A stretch of DNA of 64,000 nucleotides from Chloroflexota bacterium (GTDB lineage Bacteria > Chloroflexota > Limnocylindria > Limnocylindrales > CSP1-4), in contig JBIQKJ010000005.1 in NCBI GenBank assembly GCA_044506615.1, positions 67,344 to 131,343 on the forward strand, in the 5' to 3' direction. The notes beneath the pieces are model-generated. The model saw only the letters and a list, made by a program, of their open reading frames with translations, did not search any database and was not told where the DNA came from. This document shows positions 1-10,000 of this stretch, in pieces; within the stretch, counting starts at the first letter, position 1, and every line of letters starts with the position of its first letter. The translations under genes and the position numbers were made by a program.

Positions 1-1
1 G

Positions 2-72
2 CAGGCGCAGCGGGCGGTGGCGCTCGACCTCGAGGCGTTCAAGCGCCGGATGGAGTCGGTCGCCGAGGGCTG
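2..72 (+). CDS. 3' end of an upstream gene (C-terminal fragment ...QAQRAVALDLEAFKRRMESVAEG*), product unknown
   Basis: Open frame from window edge to TGA at 70-72 with GC3-rich codons; too short to assign. Confidence 0.3.
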
Positions 73-146
73 AGCTCGGCGTGCGCGTCGGCGCCGCGCC
101 TGCGGGGGTCCCACGCACCGTGATGTGCGTGCCGCGGGGCCGCGAT

Positions 147-312
147 TTGCGTCCCACGAGAACAAGCGACGCACGCGCCGTGTTCGACGTCGCACGCTTG
201 CGCGGGACGAGAAACGGCGACGCGCGGCGTTGGGGATTTGCGTCGCACGAGAAGCTGCGACGGATTCGGGCCCGAGCACGTCGCCTGCTTGCGCCCCACG
301 AGAATCCGCGCA
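147..312 (+). repeat. Four direct copies of a 25-bp motif TTGCG-YSSS-ACGAGAA-NNN-GCGACG (copies at 147-171, 199-222, 238-262, 289-312)
   Basis: Read directly: TTGCGTCCCACGAGAACAAGCGACG / TTGCGCGGGACGAGAAACGGCGACG / TTGCGTCGCACGAGAAGCTGCGACG / TTGCGCCCCACGAGAATCCGCGCAG, spaced 39-52 bp, 250-400 bp upstream of the gene starting at 560. Confidence 0.55.
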
Positions 313-559
313 GGACCGCCCCTGACACTGACATTCGTCGATGCCGAATCGGCGGCACTCGTCGATGGGTTTGATGCGCGACGGGGGCTACGGTGTGGTC
401 ATCGGGATCGAGCCTCCCGGACACAACTGAAGAACAACTGAAGAACAACCGAATACCGGACCCTACACAGGCCGGACGCTGCTGCCCACGGTGTCCGGCC
501 TTTCCCATGCCCATTGCAGCGGGCACCGATGTCGCCCGCCACCCGAGGAGCCACCGACC

Positions 560-1102
560 ATGACCGCCGCCGCCCTTCCGACCGGTTCCGTGCCGCGTCA
601 TGCGCTTCGCCGCGGGACGCGAGGTGTTGCCGCCGTCGTCCTGTTCCTCACCTCGATGATCGCGTTCGGCGTTGTCGGCTTCGTCCTGCCCGCATCGGGG
701 ATCGACGGGCTCGCCCTGAGCTGGCTGATCCCGCTCGGGCTCGCCTTCGCCATCGCCCACCTCGTCGCCACCTACGGCATCATCCGCCGTCGCGGCTGGG
801 TCACGCCGCTCACGCTCTACCTGGCGGCGATCGGGATCGGCGTCGCGGTCTTCGTCCTGCTGCTGGTTCGCGCCGGGGTGCTGGGCGCGTCCGCGCCGGA
901 GGTTGCCGGCCTTGTGGTGTGGCTCATCGGCTCGTGGCTCGTCGCCGCGCGGTTCGTGCTGAAGGGCATGGCACCGCCGGTGCTCCGCCCGGTCGAGCCG
1001 GTCGCGCCCCGGACGGAGCCCGTCAACGTGCCGGCGTTCGGGGTGCCGGGCCGGGCCGGCACGGTGGGCATGGCGCTCCTCGGCGGGTCCGCGGGGCGCT
1101 GA
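560..1102 (+). CDS. Hypothetical integral membrane protein (4-5 predicted TM helices)
   Basis: ORF 491..1102 frame; ATG at 560 (MTAAALPTG...) precedes hydrophobic segments; no recognisable family. Confidence 0.45.
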   Translation: MTAAALPTGSVPRHALRRGTRGVAAVVLFLTSMIAFGVVGFVLPASGIDGLALSWLIPLGLAFAIAHLVATYGIIRRRGWVTPLTLYLAAIGIGVAVFVLLLVRAGVLGASAPEVAGLVVWLIGSWLVAARFVLKGMAPPVLRPVEPVAPRTEPVNVPAFGVPGRAGTVGMALLGGSAGR

Positions 1103-1192
1103 CATCGAGGCGGTGGCGGTTCCCGCCGCCACCGGCCCCCTTCCCGACGGTGACGCCGGTCCATCGGGCCGAGAGCGCGTAGACTCGCGCCC

Positions 1193-1600
1193 GTGCAGGA
1201 CACCCGAACCGAACCTATCCGAACGCCGACGACGACGCTCTACGCGATCGCCGGGGGCATGCCGTTCTTCGAGCGGCTCGTCGACCGCTTCTACGAGGGG
1301 GTCGCGACCGACCCCATCCTGCGTCCGCTCTACCCCGAGCAGGACCTCGCCGGCGCGCGTCGCCGGCTGACGCTCTTCCTCGCCCAGTACTGGGGCGGGC
1401 CGCGCACGTACGACGCCGAGCGTGGACATCCGCGCCTGCGGATGCGGCACGTCCCGTTCGGGATCGGTCCGGCCGAGCGGGACCGCTGGCTGGTCCACAT
1501 GCGCGCGGCGATCGCCGAGCTGCAACCACCGGCCGAGGTGGCCGACGCGCTCGAGCGCTACATCGCGCACGCAGCCGAAGCGATGCGCAACCGCGACTGA
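1193..1600 (+). CDS. glbO: Truncated haemoglobin, group II (trHbO/GlbO-like 2-on-2 globin)
   Basis: 135 aa; FFERLVDRFYEGV...DPILRPLY...HxxLxxFLAQYWGGPxxY...HPRLRMRHVPFxIG pattern typical of trHbO. Confidence 0.8.
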   Translation: MQDTRTEPIRTPTTTLYAIAGGMPFFERLVDRFYEGVATDPILRPLYPEQDLAGARRRLTLFLAQYWGGPRTYDAERGHPRLRMRHVPFGIGPAERDRWLVHMRAAIAELQPPAEVADALERYIAHAAEAMRNRD

Positions 1601-1604
1601 CCGA

Positions 1605-2861
1605 ATGGCGCGCCGCCTGTCTCCCGCGGCATTGGCGGCCGAGGCCGGGACCGCGACCGCGCGGATCGACGCGCTCGTCCGGATCGGCGCGCTCGTCCCG
1701 CTCGACGACGGCTCGTTCACGGCGGCCGACGTCCAGCGCGTCCGCGTCATCGATGCGTACGAGGCAGGCGGCATCGGGCTGGAGCTCCTCGCGACCGCGA
1801 TCGAACGGCGCTGGACGACGCTCGAGCACGTCCAGGACCTCTACCCGGAGCCCGCGGCGCGCTCCGAGCGGACGTACGACGAGTTCCGGGCAGAGCTGGG
1901 TGGTGACGCCGCCGGGGGCGATCGCGCCGCCCGGCTCGATGCCGTGCTCGCCGCCTTCGGGCTGCCCGTACCGGACGGTGACGCGCGTCTGACGACCCAG
2001 GACGAGCAGATGCTGGGGACGTTCATCCAGGTGTGGGACGTCGGCGCGGACGGCTCGATGCCCGTTCGGGCCGCGCGGCTCGCGGGCGAGTCCATGCGGC
2101 GTCTCGTCGAGGGCTGGCTCCAGCTCTTCCACGAGCAGGTGTCCCGACCGCTCGAGGACCGCACCCGGACGGTCGACGAGGTCGAGCCGCTGATCCTCGG
2201 TCCGGCGGCACGCATCGTGCGCGAGGTGCCCGACCTCCTCGTCTGGCTGTTCGAGCGCCACTTCGAGTCGGGCATGAACGAGCTGAACACGATGGCGATG
2301 GAGACCGGTCTCGCACGAGAGGGAATGCTGCCGCGGCCCTCGGCGCGACCGCCGGCGATCGCGTTCGCGGACCTGGCCGGCTACACCCGGCTGACGCAGG
2401 AGCGCGGCGACGAGCTCGCGGCAGCGTCCGCAGCACTGCTCGGGGACCTGGCGGCGGGGGTGGCGCGGACCCATGGCGGCCGGCTCGTGAAGCTGCTCGG
2501 GGACGGGGCGATGCTGCACTTCCCGCGGGCCGAGGGCGCGGTCGCGGCCTCGCTCGAGCTCGTGGCACGCATCGCCGACGCGGGGCTGCCCGCGGCGCAC
2601 GTCGGCGTCAATGCCGGCCCCGTCATCGGCCGCGACGGTGACTACTTCGGGCACACGGTGAACGTGGCCGCGCGGCTCGCCGCGCAGGCGCCGGCCGGTT
2701 CCGTGCTCGTGACCCGCGCGGTGGTCGAGGCCGTGGCCGGCGATGGCGGCGATGGCATGGCCGGACTCCGGTTCGAGCCGGTCGGGGAGCTGGACCTGCG
2801 CAACGTCCGCGACCCGATCGCCGCGTTCCGAGCGGTGCGGGAGCCTGCCGTCTCCGCTTGA
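1605..2861 (+). CDS. Class III adenylate/guanylate cyclase with N-terminal MerR-like HTH region
   Basis: C-terminal CYTH-independent class III cyclase motifs (IAFADLAGYT...LVKLLGDGAMLHF...YFGHTVNVAARL); N-terminus AEAGTATARIDALVRIGAL resembles a MerR HTH; ATG at 1605 is 4 nt after the globin stop. Confidence 0.8.
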   Translation: MARRLSPAALAAEAGTATARIDALVRIGALVPLDDGSFTAADVQRVRVIDAYEAGGIGLELLATAIERRWTTLEHVQDLYPEPAARSERTYDEFRAELGGDAAGGDRAARLDAVLAAFGLPVPDGDARLTTQDEQMLGTFIQVWDVGADGSMPVRAARLAGESMRRLVEGWLQLFHEQVSRPLEDRTRTVDEVEPLILGPAARIVREVPDLLVWLFERHFESGMNELNTMAMETGLAREGMLPRPSARPPAIAFADLAGYTRLTQERGDELAAASAALLGDLAAGVARTHGGRLVKLLGDGAMLHFPRAEGAVAASLELVARIADAGLPAAHVGVNAGPVIGRDGDYFGHTVNVAARLAAQAPAGSVLVTRAVVEAVAGDGGDGMAGLRFEPVGELDLRNVRDPIAAFRAVREPAVSA

Positions 2862-3125
2862 GCGCCTCGGTGCCGGTGGGAGCATCAACAAGGGGGGAGC
2901 GACAGCTGAAAGTGGGGTGTCGAGGGCCTCGTCGCCAGACAGCGGCGCGTCCTGCTGGTGTGAGCAGCACTCGGTGCCAGAAGCCCCCCGCGCGGGCCGG
3001 ATCCGAACCCGTGTGGCTCGCGTTGCCGCCGATTTGATGTTCGTGCCGGCACGGGCAGGGCTTTGCGGGCGCGGCGCGGACCGCGCTGCCCGCCTGCTCA
3101 GGTCGATGCCTGCCTGAGTGGCACA

Positions 3126-3279
3126 TCGGGGGTCGGCTGCCCTGCAAGCCGAGCCTCGACCGCTCGTCGAGCACCTTGGTCGGCCGACATGCCACTCGGA
3201 GTGGCAGCACGCCCGACAAGCGCACCCGATCCGCTCCCCTCGACCGCTTGTCGTCCATGAAGCCGCCGATGTGCCACTC
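3126..3279. promoter_or_regulatory. Candidate operator architecture upstream of guaA: central 17-bp perfect palindrome TGCCACTC-G-GAGTGGCA (3190-3206) flanked by inverted half-site copies GAGTGGCACATCG (3126-3138) and CGATGTGCCACTC (3267-3279)
   Basis: Read directly from sequence; located 230-390 bp upstream of the guaA ATG at 3512. Confidence 0.35.
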
Positions 3280-3376
3280 GTGCAGGCACGAAGAGTTCCA
3301 GGTTGCGCCGGGCTCCGCACGCGCGCGCCTGCCGGCTCCCGCCGAGCCCGCCCGACGCAGGCCCCGTGGGGCCCCG

Positions 3377-3432
3377 CCCATGCGGCTCCGCCCATGCGGC
3401 TCCGCCCATGCGGCTCCGCCCATGCGGCTCCG
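3377..3432. repeat. Perfect 4 x 14-bp tandem repeat (CCCATGCGGCTCCG)4 in the guaA upstream intergenic region
   Basis: Read directly; copies at 3377-3390, 3391-3404, 3405-3418, 3419-3432. Confidence 0.85.
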
Positions 3433-3511
3433 CCCCCGCCGGCGGTCTCGACCGGCCCACCGGCCGGTACACTGTCCGCACGGGACGCGGCGAGGAGGGC
3501 GGGCATCGAGG

Positions 3512-5320
3512 ATGGTCGAGGCGAGCGATTCGGAGGCGGCCCAGGTCGACGGCCCAACGTCCACGACGCCTCAGGGGGCGCCGGACCAGGCGGCCGAGTC
3601 GTCGCTGCGCCGGGGCAAGACCGTCCACGGCGAGGCGGCCAACGCCGGCCATCGCGTCCTCGCACCGGACGACGCCGAGGTCGAGGCCTACCTCGAGACC
3701 GCGCTCAACGCGCCGGCCCCCGACCGCACGACGACGGTCCGGGCCACCCCGACCACGACCGACGGCCCCGTCGTCGTCCTCGACTTCGGCAGCCAGTTCG
3801 CGCAGCTGATCGCACGGCGCGTCCGCGAGCTCGACGTCTACTCGGAGCTGTTGCCGTTCGACACGCCCTTCGCCGAGCTCGAGCGCCGCGGCACGCGCGC
3901 GATCATCCTCTCGGGCGGCCCGAACTCCGTCTACGACGAGGGCGCACCCAAGCCGGACGCCGCCCTCTGGTCGGGCCGGATCCCGGTCCTCGGCATCTGT
4001 TACGGCGCGCAGCTCATGGCGCGCGAGCTCGGCGGCGACGTCCTGCCGGCGGATCGGCGCGAGTACGGGCCGGCCAACGTCACGATCACCCGCGACGACG
4101 GCCTGTTCGGCGGCATCGATCGGGAGCAGCCGGTCTGGATGAGCCACGGCGACTCGATCACGCGGCTGCCCGAGGGCTTTGCCGCCACCGCCCAGACCGA
4201 CTCGACGCCCTACGCCGGCCTCGCCGACCCGTCCCGACGCCTCTTCGGCATCCAGTTCCATCCCGAGGTCGTCCACACGCCGCGCGGTCGCGACATCCTG
4301 CGCAACTTCGTCGTGGGGATCGCCGGCGTCAGCCAGTCCTGGACCGCCGCCAGCTTCATCGATACGACCGTCGCCGCAATCCGCGAGCGGGTCGACGCCC
4401 ACGCCCGCGAGACCGGCTCCGACGGCAAGGTCATCTGCGCGTTGTCGGGCGGCGTCGATTCGGCGGTCGCCGCGGCGCTCGTCCACCGGGCGGTCGGGGA
4501 CCGGCTCACCTGCATCTACGTCGACCACGGGCTCATGCGCAAGAAGGAGTCGGAGCTCCTGCGGGTCACCTTCGAGCGCGACCTCGGCATGAATCTCGTC
4601 ATGGTCGATGCCCGCGAGCGCTTCCTCGTGCGGCTGGCCGGCGTCGAGGACCCTGAGCAGAAGCGCAAGATCATCGGCGACGAGTTCATCCGGGTCTTCG
4701 AGGAGGAGGCGGCGAAGCTTGGGCGGATCGACTTCCTGACCCAGGGCACGCTCTACCCGGACGTGATCGAGTCGGCAACCGCCGAGACGAAGGCCGCCCA
4801 GAAGATCAAGACCCATCACAACGTCGGCGGGTTGCCGGCGGATCTCCGCTTCAAGCTGATCGAGCCGCTGCGCTACCTGTTCAAGGACGAGGTGCGCAAG
4901 GTCGGGCTCGAGCTCGGGCTGCCCGAGGCGATGGTGCTCCGCCAGCCGTTCCCGGGGCCGGGGCTCGCGATCCGGATCATCGGGGAGGTCACGGCGGAGC
5001 GGCTCGACACCTTGCGCGACGCCGACTGGATCGTGATCGACGAGATCAAGGGCGCCGGGCTGTACCGGAGCCTGTGGCAGAGCTTCGCGATCCTCACGCC
5101 GGTCCGCTCCGTCGGCGTGATGGGCGACGGCCGGACGTATGCGAACGTCGTCGCGATCCGGGCGGTCACGTCGGAGGACGGCATGACCGCGGACTGGGCG
5201 AAGCTCCCGTACGACGTGCTCGGGAAGATCTCGTCGCGGATCGTCAACGAGGTCCCGGGCGTCAACCGCGTCGTGTACGACATCTCGTCGAAGCCGCCCG
5301 CGACGATCGAGTGGGAGTAG
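3512..5320 (+). CDS. guaA: GMP synthase (glutamine-hydrolysing), class I GATase + PP-loop ATP pyrophosphatase + dimerisation domain
   Basis: [20 protein letters not shown]..., [14 protein letters not shown]-loop, C-terminal ...[14 protein letters not shown]; first in-frame ATG at 3512 gives ~80-aa N-extension so true start may be a downstream non-ATG codon. Confidence 0.9.
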   Translation: MVEASDSEAAQVDGPTSTTPQGAPDQAAESSLRRGKTVHGEAANAGHRVLAPDDAEVEAYLETALNAPAPDRTTTVRATPTTTDGPVVVLDFGSQFAQLIARRVRELDVYSELLPFDTPFAELERRGTRAIILSGGPNSVYDEGAPKPDAALWSGRIPVLGICYGAQLMARELGGDVLPADRREYGPANVTITRDDGLFGGIDREQPVWMSHGDSITRLPEGFAATAQTDSTPYAGLADPSRRLFGIQFHPEVVHTPRGRDILRNFVVGIAGVSQSWTAASFIDTTVAAIRERVDAHARETGSDGKVICALSGGVDSAVAAALVHRAVGDRLTCIYVDHGLMRKKESELLRVTFERDLGMNLVMVDARERFLVRLAGVEDPEQKRKIIGDEFIRVFEEEAAKLGRIDFLTQGTLYPDVIESATAETKAAQKIKTHHNVGGLPADLRFKLIEPLRYLFKDEVRKVGLELGLPEAMVLRQPFPGPGLAIRIIGEVTAERLDTLRDADWIVIDEIKGAGLYRSLWQSFAILTPVRSVGVMGDGRTYANVVAIRAVTSEDGMTADWAKLPYDVLGKISSRIVNEVPGVNRVVYDISSKPPATIEWE

Positions 5321-5811
5321 CGCGGCGCCTCCGATCCGCGGTGGCGGCGGCCGCGCTCGTCGCCGGCTGCTCCCTCGTCCCCGCGCCCGAGCCGGTCGGC
5401 CGGGTCCAGCCGGACGGAAGCATGGTCGTGAGCACCGGGCAGTTCGCGGATGGAACGCAGTGGTCGGTGAGCGCACGCCGCGAGGGCGCTCAGCTGTGCA
5501 CCACGATCGTCATCGCCGACGTGCCGCAGGGCAGCGGCTGTACGGACGTGGCGAACGGCGGCTCCGGGTTGGGCACCTCCGGAGGCACCGACATGCCGAC
5601 GACGATGGAAGGCGTCTTCCTGCCGCCGGCCGTGGCGGTCCACGTCGAAGCGAGCGACGGTCTCCATCGGATCCCGCTCGTACGGCTGACCGAGCTCGGG
5701 TTCGCCGGCGGGGCGTTCGGCTACGTTGCCGCGAAGGACGTGCGGGTGACCGCGATCTTCACGGTGACGGCGGACGGCACCGTGGTCGAACGCTATCCGA
5801 TGAGCCCGTAG
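5311..5811 (+). CDS. Putative lipoprotein (signal peptide with lipobox LVAGC)
   Basis: GTG 5311 gives [24 protein letters not shown]...; overlaps guaA stop by 10 nt. Confidence 0.5.
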   Translation: MGVARRLRSAVAAAALVAGCSLVPAPEPVGRVQPDGSMVVSTGQFADGTQWSVSARREGAQLCTTIVIADVPQGSGCTDVANGGSGLGTSGGTDMPTTMEGVFLPPAVAVHVEASDGLHRIPLVRLTELGFAGGAFGYVAAKDVRVTAIFTVTADGTVVERYPMSP

Positions 5812-5886
5812 CCGGGTCACCGGCCGCGGTCGCGACGGGACCAATGGGGTATTCCCAGCGCCTTCCGGCACGCTAGAGTTCGCGCC

Positions 5887-6477
5887 ATGGTCGACGAGCA
5901 GGTTTCCGGGGGCGAGTCGGCTCCCTTCCGATGCCCGTGGTGCTCGGCTGCCCTTCCGGCGCCGAACCTCGAGGATTGCCCCTCGTGCGGGGCCACGCTG
6001 ACGTCGAGCACCGACGCGTCGCAGCTCCCCGGGGTGACCGCGATCGACCATGAGGCCATCGCCCGAAGCGCGCGCGAGGCGCTGCGCCAGCCCCGATCGC
6101 GGTTCCTCTCGTGGCTGAGCGGCGACTATGCCGAGGAAGGTCCGGCAGCGACCGAGGCGATCGCCCCGCCCGATCCCGCCGTTCGCCGGGAGATGCTGCG
6201 GCTCAAGCTGGCCGCCGAGATCGCCGACCGTCAGGCGGAGGCCGACGCGATCATGGCCGACGCCGCCGTCGAGGGCCGGCCGATCCCGAGCCTCGAGCCG
6301 GAGCCCTCGCTCGACGCCGAGCCCTCGCTGGGCGCCGAGGCCTCACTCGAGGCGGAGGAGGTGTCCGAATCCGCGCCGCCGGAGGCGGGCACCCCGGAGG
6401 ACGCCGCCGAGCCCGCGGCCCGGGTGAGCGACACGACCTCCGAGACGTTCCGCGCCGGGGACGAGGCTCCCCGGTAG
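5887..6477 (+). CDS. Hypothetical protein with N-terminal zinc-ribbon (CPWC-x14-CPSC) and acidic/Pro-rich C-terminus
   Basis: ORF with ATG 5887; Cys4 ribbon read from translation. Confidence 0.5.
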   Translation: MVDEQVSGGESAPFRCPWCSAALPAPNLEDCPSCGATLTSSTDASQLPGVTAIDHEAIARSAREALRQPRSRFLSWLSGDYAEEGPAATEAIAPPDPAVRREMLRLKLAAEIADRQAEADAIMADAAVEGRPIPSLEPEPSLDAEPSLGAEASLEAEEVSESAPPEAGTPEDAAEPAARVSDTTSETFRAGDEAPR

Positions 6478-6554
6478 TTCCCGCGGCGCCGGACGACGCT
6501 CGCGCCGGCGCCCGGCGGGCCGGCGTTGCGGCCGCCGGCGGGTATGCTCGATCC

Positions 6555-7010
6555 GTGCCTGATCGCCTGCCGCTGCCCGGCCCCTCGTACCTCAAGGAGA
6601 TCGACCTCCCGGTCGGGGAGCGGACCTATCGACTGGGGATGACGAACCCGTCGGGGACCGACGACGGCTGGTGGCTCGGGATCGTGTGGGTTGCCGACGA
6701 CGCGTCGGTGATCGCGTTCCGCGACCTTGCCCCCGAAGCCGGCCCCCCCGCCGACCCGCCGCTGGCCCGGATCGGGCCGGCCGTGTCGGGCGCGCTCTCC
6801 GGGCTGATCCTCGAAGATGCGGGTCGGCTCCAGATGCGGCTGGCGACCGTCGTCCCCGCCGACGACCCGACCCGCCCGTGGCGGGTCCCGGCCGCGATCC
6901 GGGCCGCGTTCCGCTTCGAGCCTGCACGCGTCGCGACAATGACCGCGAACGAGCTCGCCGCGACCGTCCTGCGGGCGTTCCGATCGGCGCTGGCGGGCCT
7001 GCACCGCTAG
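6555..7010 (+). CDS. Hypothetical protein
   Basis: ORF 6111..7010 frame; plausible GTG start at 6555 (VPDRLPLPGPSYLKEIDL...); no family assignable. Confidence 0.4.
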   Translation: MPDRLPLPGPSYLKEIDLPVGERTYRLGMTNPSGTDDGWWLGIVWVADDASVIAFRDLAPEAGPPADPPLARIGPAVSGALSGLILEDAGRLQMRLATVVPADDPTRPWRVPAAIRAAFRFEPARVATMTANELAATVLRAFRSALAGLHR

Positions 7011-7098
7011 CGCACGTGCCCGGCCCGTGCCGGGCGCCGGGAGCCAGCGCCTTCCGTACCTGCCCTCGGGCCGGCCCCAGCCGGTAGACTGAGCACGA

Positions 7099-10000
7099 AT
7101 GCGGGACCTCTTCGACGATTTCATGGACGAGCTCCGGCGCCGCGAGGCCGCCGCTCGCGGGGAGGATCCCGATGCAGCGGCACCCCGGCGAGCCCGCCGG
7201 GTCGGGCCCGACGACCCCACGGGCGGGCCCGACGGCCCACGCGACCCCGACGAACCCGGGCGCGGTCGCGGCGGCCCCGACGACAACCCTGATCCCGACC
7301 GTCCTCGGCGCGCGCCGGGCGCCGGCCCGGGTGGCCCCGGCGGTCCCCGCCGACCCGTGCGACGCCAGGGCGGCGGCCTTCGCAGCCGGCTCGCGGGTGC
7401 CGGCCGAAGCGTCGTCATCGCGCTGGCGGCGCTCGTGGTGCTCGCGCTCATCGTGCTGTTCGGTGTCGGGATCGACCTCTGGACGGACGCGCTCTGGTAC
7501 CGCAGCGTCGGGTACGACCCCGTCTTCTGGACGCGCATCGGCGCGCAGGCCGGGCTGTTCGCGCTCGGACTCGTGCTCGCGCTCGTCGTCCTCCTCGGCA
7601 ACCTCTGGCTGGCCGGGCGCCTCATGCCGCCGGCCGCGGCGGGCGGCGGAGCGATCCGCGGCCTGTTCGAACGGCTGAACGAGGCGGCGCGCCAGGCCGA
7701 GTACAACCGCCCCGGCGGCGCCCGTCGCTGGGATCCCGGCGCCGGCGGTCCCCGCCAGGTCGTGTGGGACCCGGACGAGCTGCCCGACTTCACGCCGATG
7801 GCCGGCTGGGTGCTCGGCGGGTTGGCGGTGTTCGTCGCCCTCGGACTGGCCGGTTCGCTTGCGGCGGCCTGGGAGACGATCCTGCTCTGGCAGCACCGTG
7901 TCCCGTACTCGGAGGCAGGCCCGGTCACCGACCCGATCTTCAATCGGGACATCTCGTTCTTCCTGTTCGATCTCCCGTTCCTCCGCCTCGTCCAGGCGGT
8001 CTTCAACGGGCTCGTCGTCGGCGGCCTGCTGATCGCGATCACGCGCTACCTCATCGGGGCGATGCGCGGCGGCGCCGTGTTCACGACCCCGGTCCGCGTC
8101 CACCTCGGCATCCTCGGGGCGCTGTTCCTCGTGTCGGTCGCGGTGGGCTACCAGCTCGACAAGTTCGAGCTCGTCTACAGCGCGCGCGGCATCGCCACCG
8201 GCGTCTCGTTCACCGACCAGAACGCGCAGTTCCTCGCGTACGACGTGCTGACCGTGCTGTCGGGCCTCGCTGCGGCGCTGCTCGCCGGCGGTGCGTTCAC
8301 ACGGATGCTGTGGCCGCTGGGCCTCGTGCTCGGCGTGTGGTTCCTGGCGTCGATCGTCGTCGGACGCATCTACCCGGAGGCCGTCCAGCGCCTCACGGTC
8401 GTCCCGAACCAGTACGCCCAGGAGCAGCGCTACATCGCGAACAACATCGCGATGACCCGCATGGCGTTCGGGCTCGACCAATGGGAGACCCGATCGTTCC
8501 GGGGCGAGGACGTCCTGACCGAGGAGGCGATCCAGGCGGAGGACGACACGTTCCGGAACGCGCGTCTGTGGGACTACCGGCCGCTCGGCGTGTCGCTCGA
8601 CCAGCTCCAGACGATCCGCCGCTACTACAACTTCACCGACATCGACACCGATCGCTACGTGATCGACGACGTCCAGCGCCAGGTGATGCTGTCCGGGCGC
8701 GAGCTCGACCTGTCGCGCCACCCGAATGCGACCGGCTGGGTCAACCAGCGCGTCATCTACACCCACGGCATCGGCGTGGCGATGGCGCCGGTCAACGAGG
8801 TCACGAACGAGGGTCAGCCACGGCTGTTCATCCGGAACCTGCCGCCGGTCTCCTCGGGCGGCGCCCCGGAGATCACCCAGCCGCGGATCTACTTCGGCGA
8901 GCGCGAGAGCCACTACATCGTCGTCGGCGCCCGACAGAACGAGTTCGACTTCCCGACCGGGCAGGGGGACGCGGAGGACGTCGAAGGCTTCGAGACCCGC
9001 TGGTCCGGGACGACCGGGATCCGGCTCGACAACACGCTCATGCGGCTGCTGTTCGCGCTGCGGTTCCGCGACTTCGACCTGTTGATCTCGGACCAGGTCA
9101 CCGGAAGCAGCCAGCTGCTCTTCCACCGCTCGCTGCCCGACCGGCTGCCACGGATCGCGCCGTTCCTGCGCTACGACAAGGACCCGTACATCGTCATCGA
9201 CGAGTCGACCGGCCGCCTCGCCTACGTGCAGGACGCGTTCACGATCTCCGACCGGTTCCCGCACGCGAACGCGTTCGATCCGCGGGCCCTCGAGGCGACG
9301 GGGCTCGGCCGTGTCCCGTTCAACTACATCCGGAACAGCGTGAAGGTCGTCGTGGACGCCTACGACGGCACCACGACGTTCTATGTCGCCGACGAGGCCG
9401 ACCCGCTGATCCGGGCCTACATGGCCATCTTCCCGACGCTCTTCCGGCCGATCGACGAGATGCCCGAATCGCTGCGCTCCCACATCCGCTATCCCGAGGA
9501 GCTCTTCAACACCCAGACGCGGATGTTCGAGCGGTACCACGTCGAAAACCCGCTCCGGTTCTTCCAGAACGACGATCTGTGGACGGTGCCGACGGGCCAG
9601 ACGAGCGACCAGTCGCTGCCGTCCGAGGCCTACTACGTGATCATGCGGATGCCCGGCGAGCCGCAGGCCGAGTTTCTCCTGCTCCAGCCGATGCTCCCGG
9701 TGAATCGGCCGAACATGATCGCCTGGGTCGCCGCCCGGAACGACCCCGAGAACTACGGCGCCATCCGCGTCTACCGGTTCCCGGCCGAGACGACGGTCTT
9801 CGGTCCCGCCCAGATCGAGGCGCGGATCGTCCAGGATCCGCTGATCAGCCAGCAGATCACGTTGTGGAGCCAGGCAGGCTCCAACGTCATCCGGGGCAAC
9901 CTCATCGTCGTGCCGGTCGGCGACTCGCTGATCTACCTGCAGCCGGTCTACCTCCAGTCGGAGGCGTCGGCGTTCCCCGAGTTCCGGCGCATCGTCGTCG

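Noticed and set aside
3377-3432. ATG-containing 14-bp tandem repeat as a possible repetitive peptide-coding segment
   Set aside because: No consistent ORF with start and RBS. It lies in the guaA leader and is more parsimoniously a microsatellite.
2862-3511. Possible riboswitch or sRNA in the 650-bp cya-guaA intergenic region
   Set aside because: No recognisable riboswitch consensus (purine, preQ1, c-di-GMP and the like) could be identified by eye; only the palindromes and microsatellite are reported.
1215-3665. Very long antisense or alternative-frame ORFs in the six-frame track (for example 1215-3665 -, 3098-5476 -, 6592-10233 -, 10094-12688 -, 15033-18071 -, 19802-21640 -, 38911-40767 +, 51107-53986 -, 51184-54888 +)
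   Set aside because: They overlap well-supported genes on the other strand or frame. They translate to Arg/Pro/Gly/Ala-rich low-complexity sequence typical of stop-codon-poor high-GC DNA and lack any family motifs.
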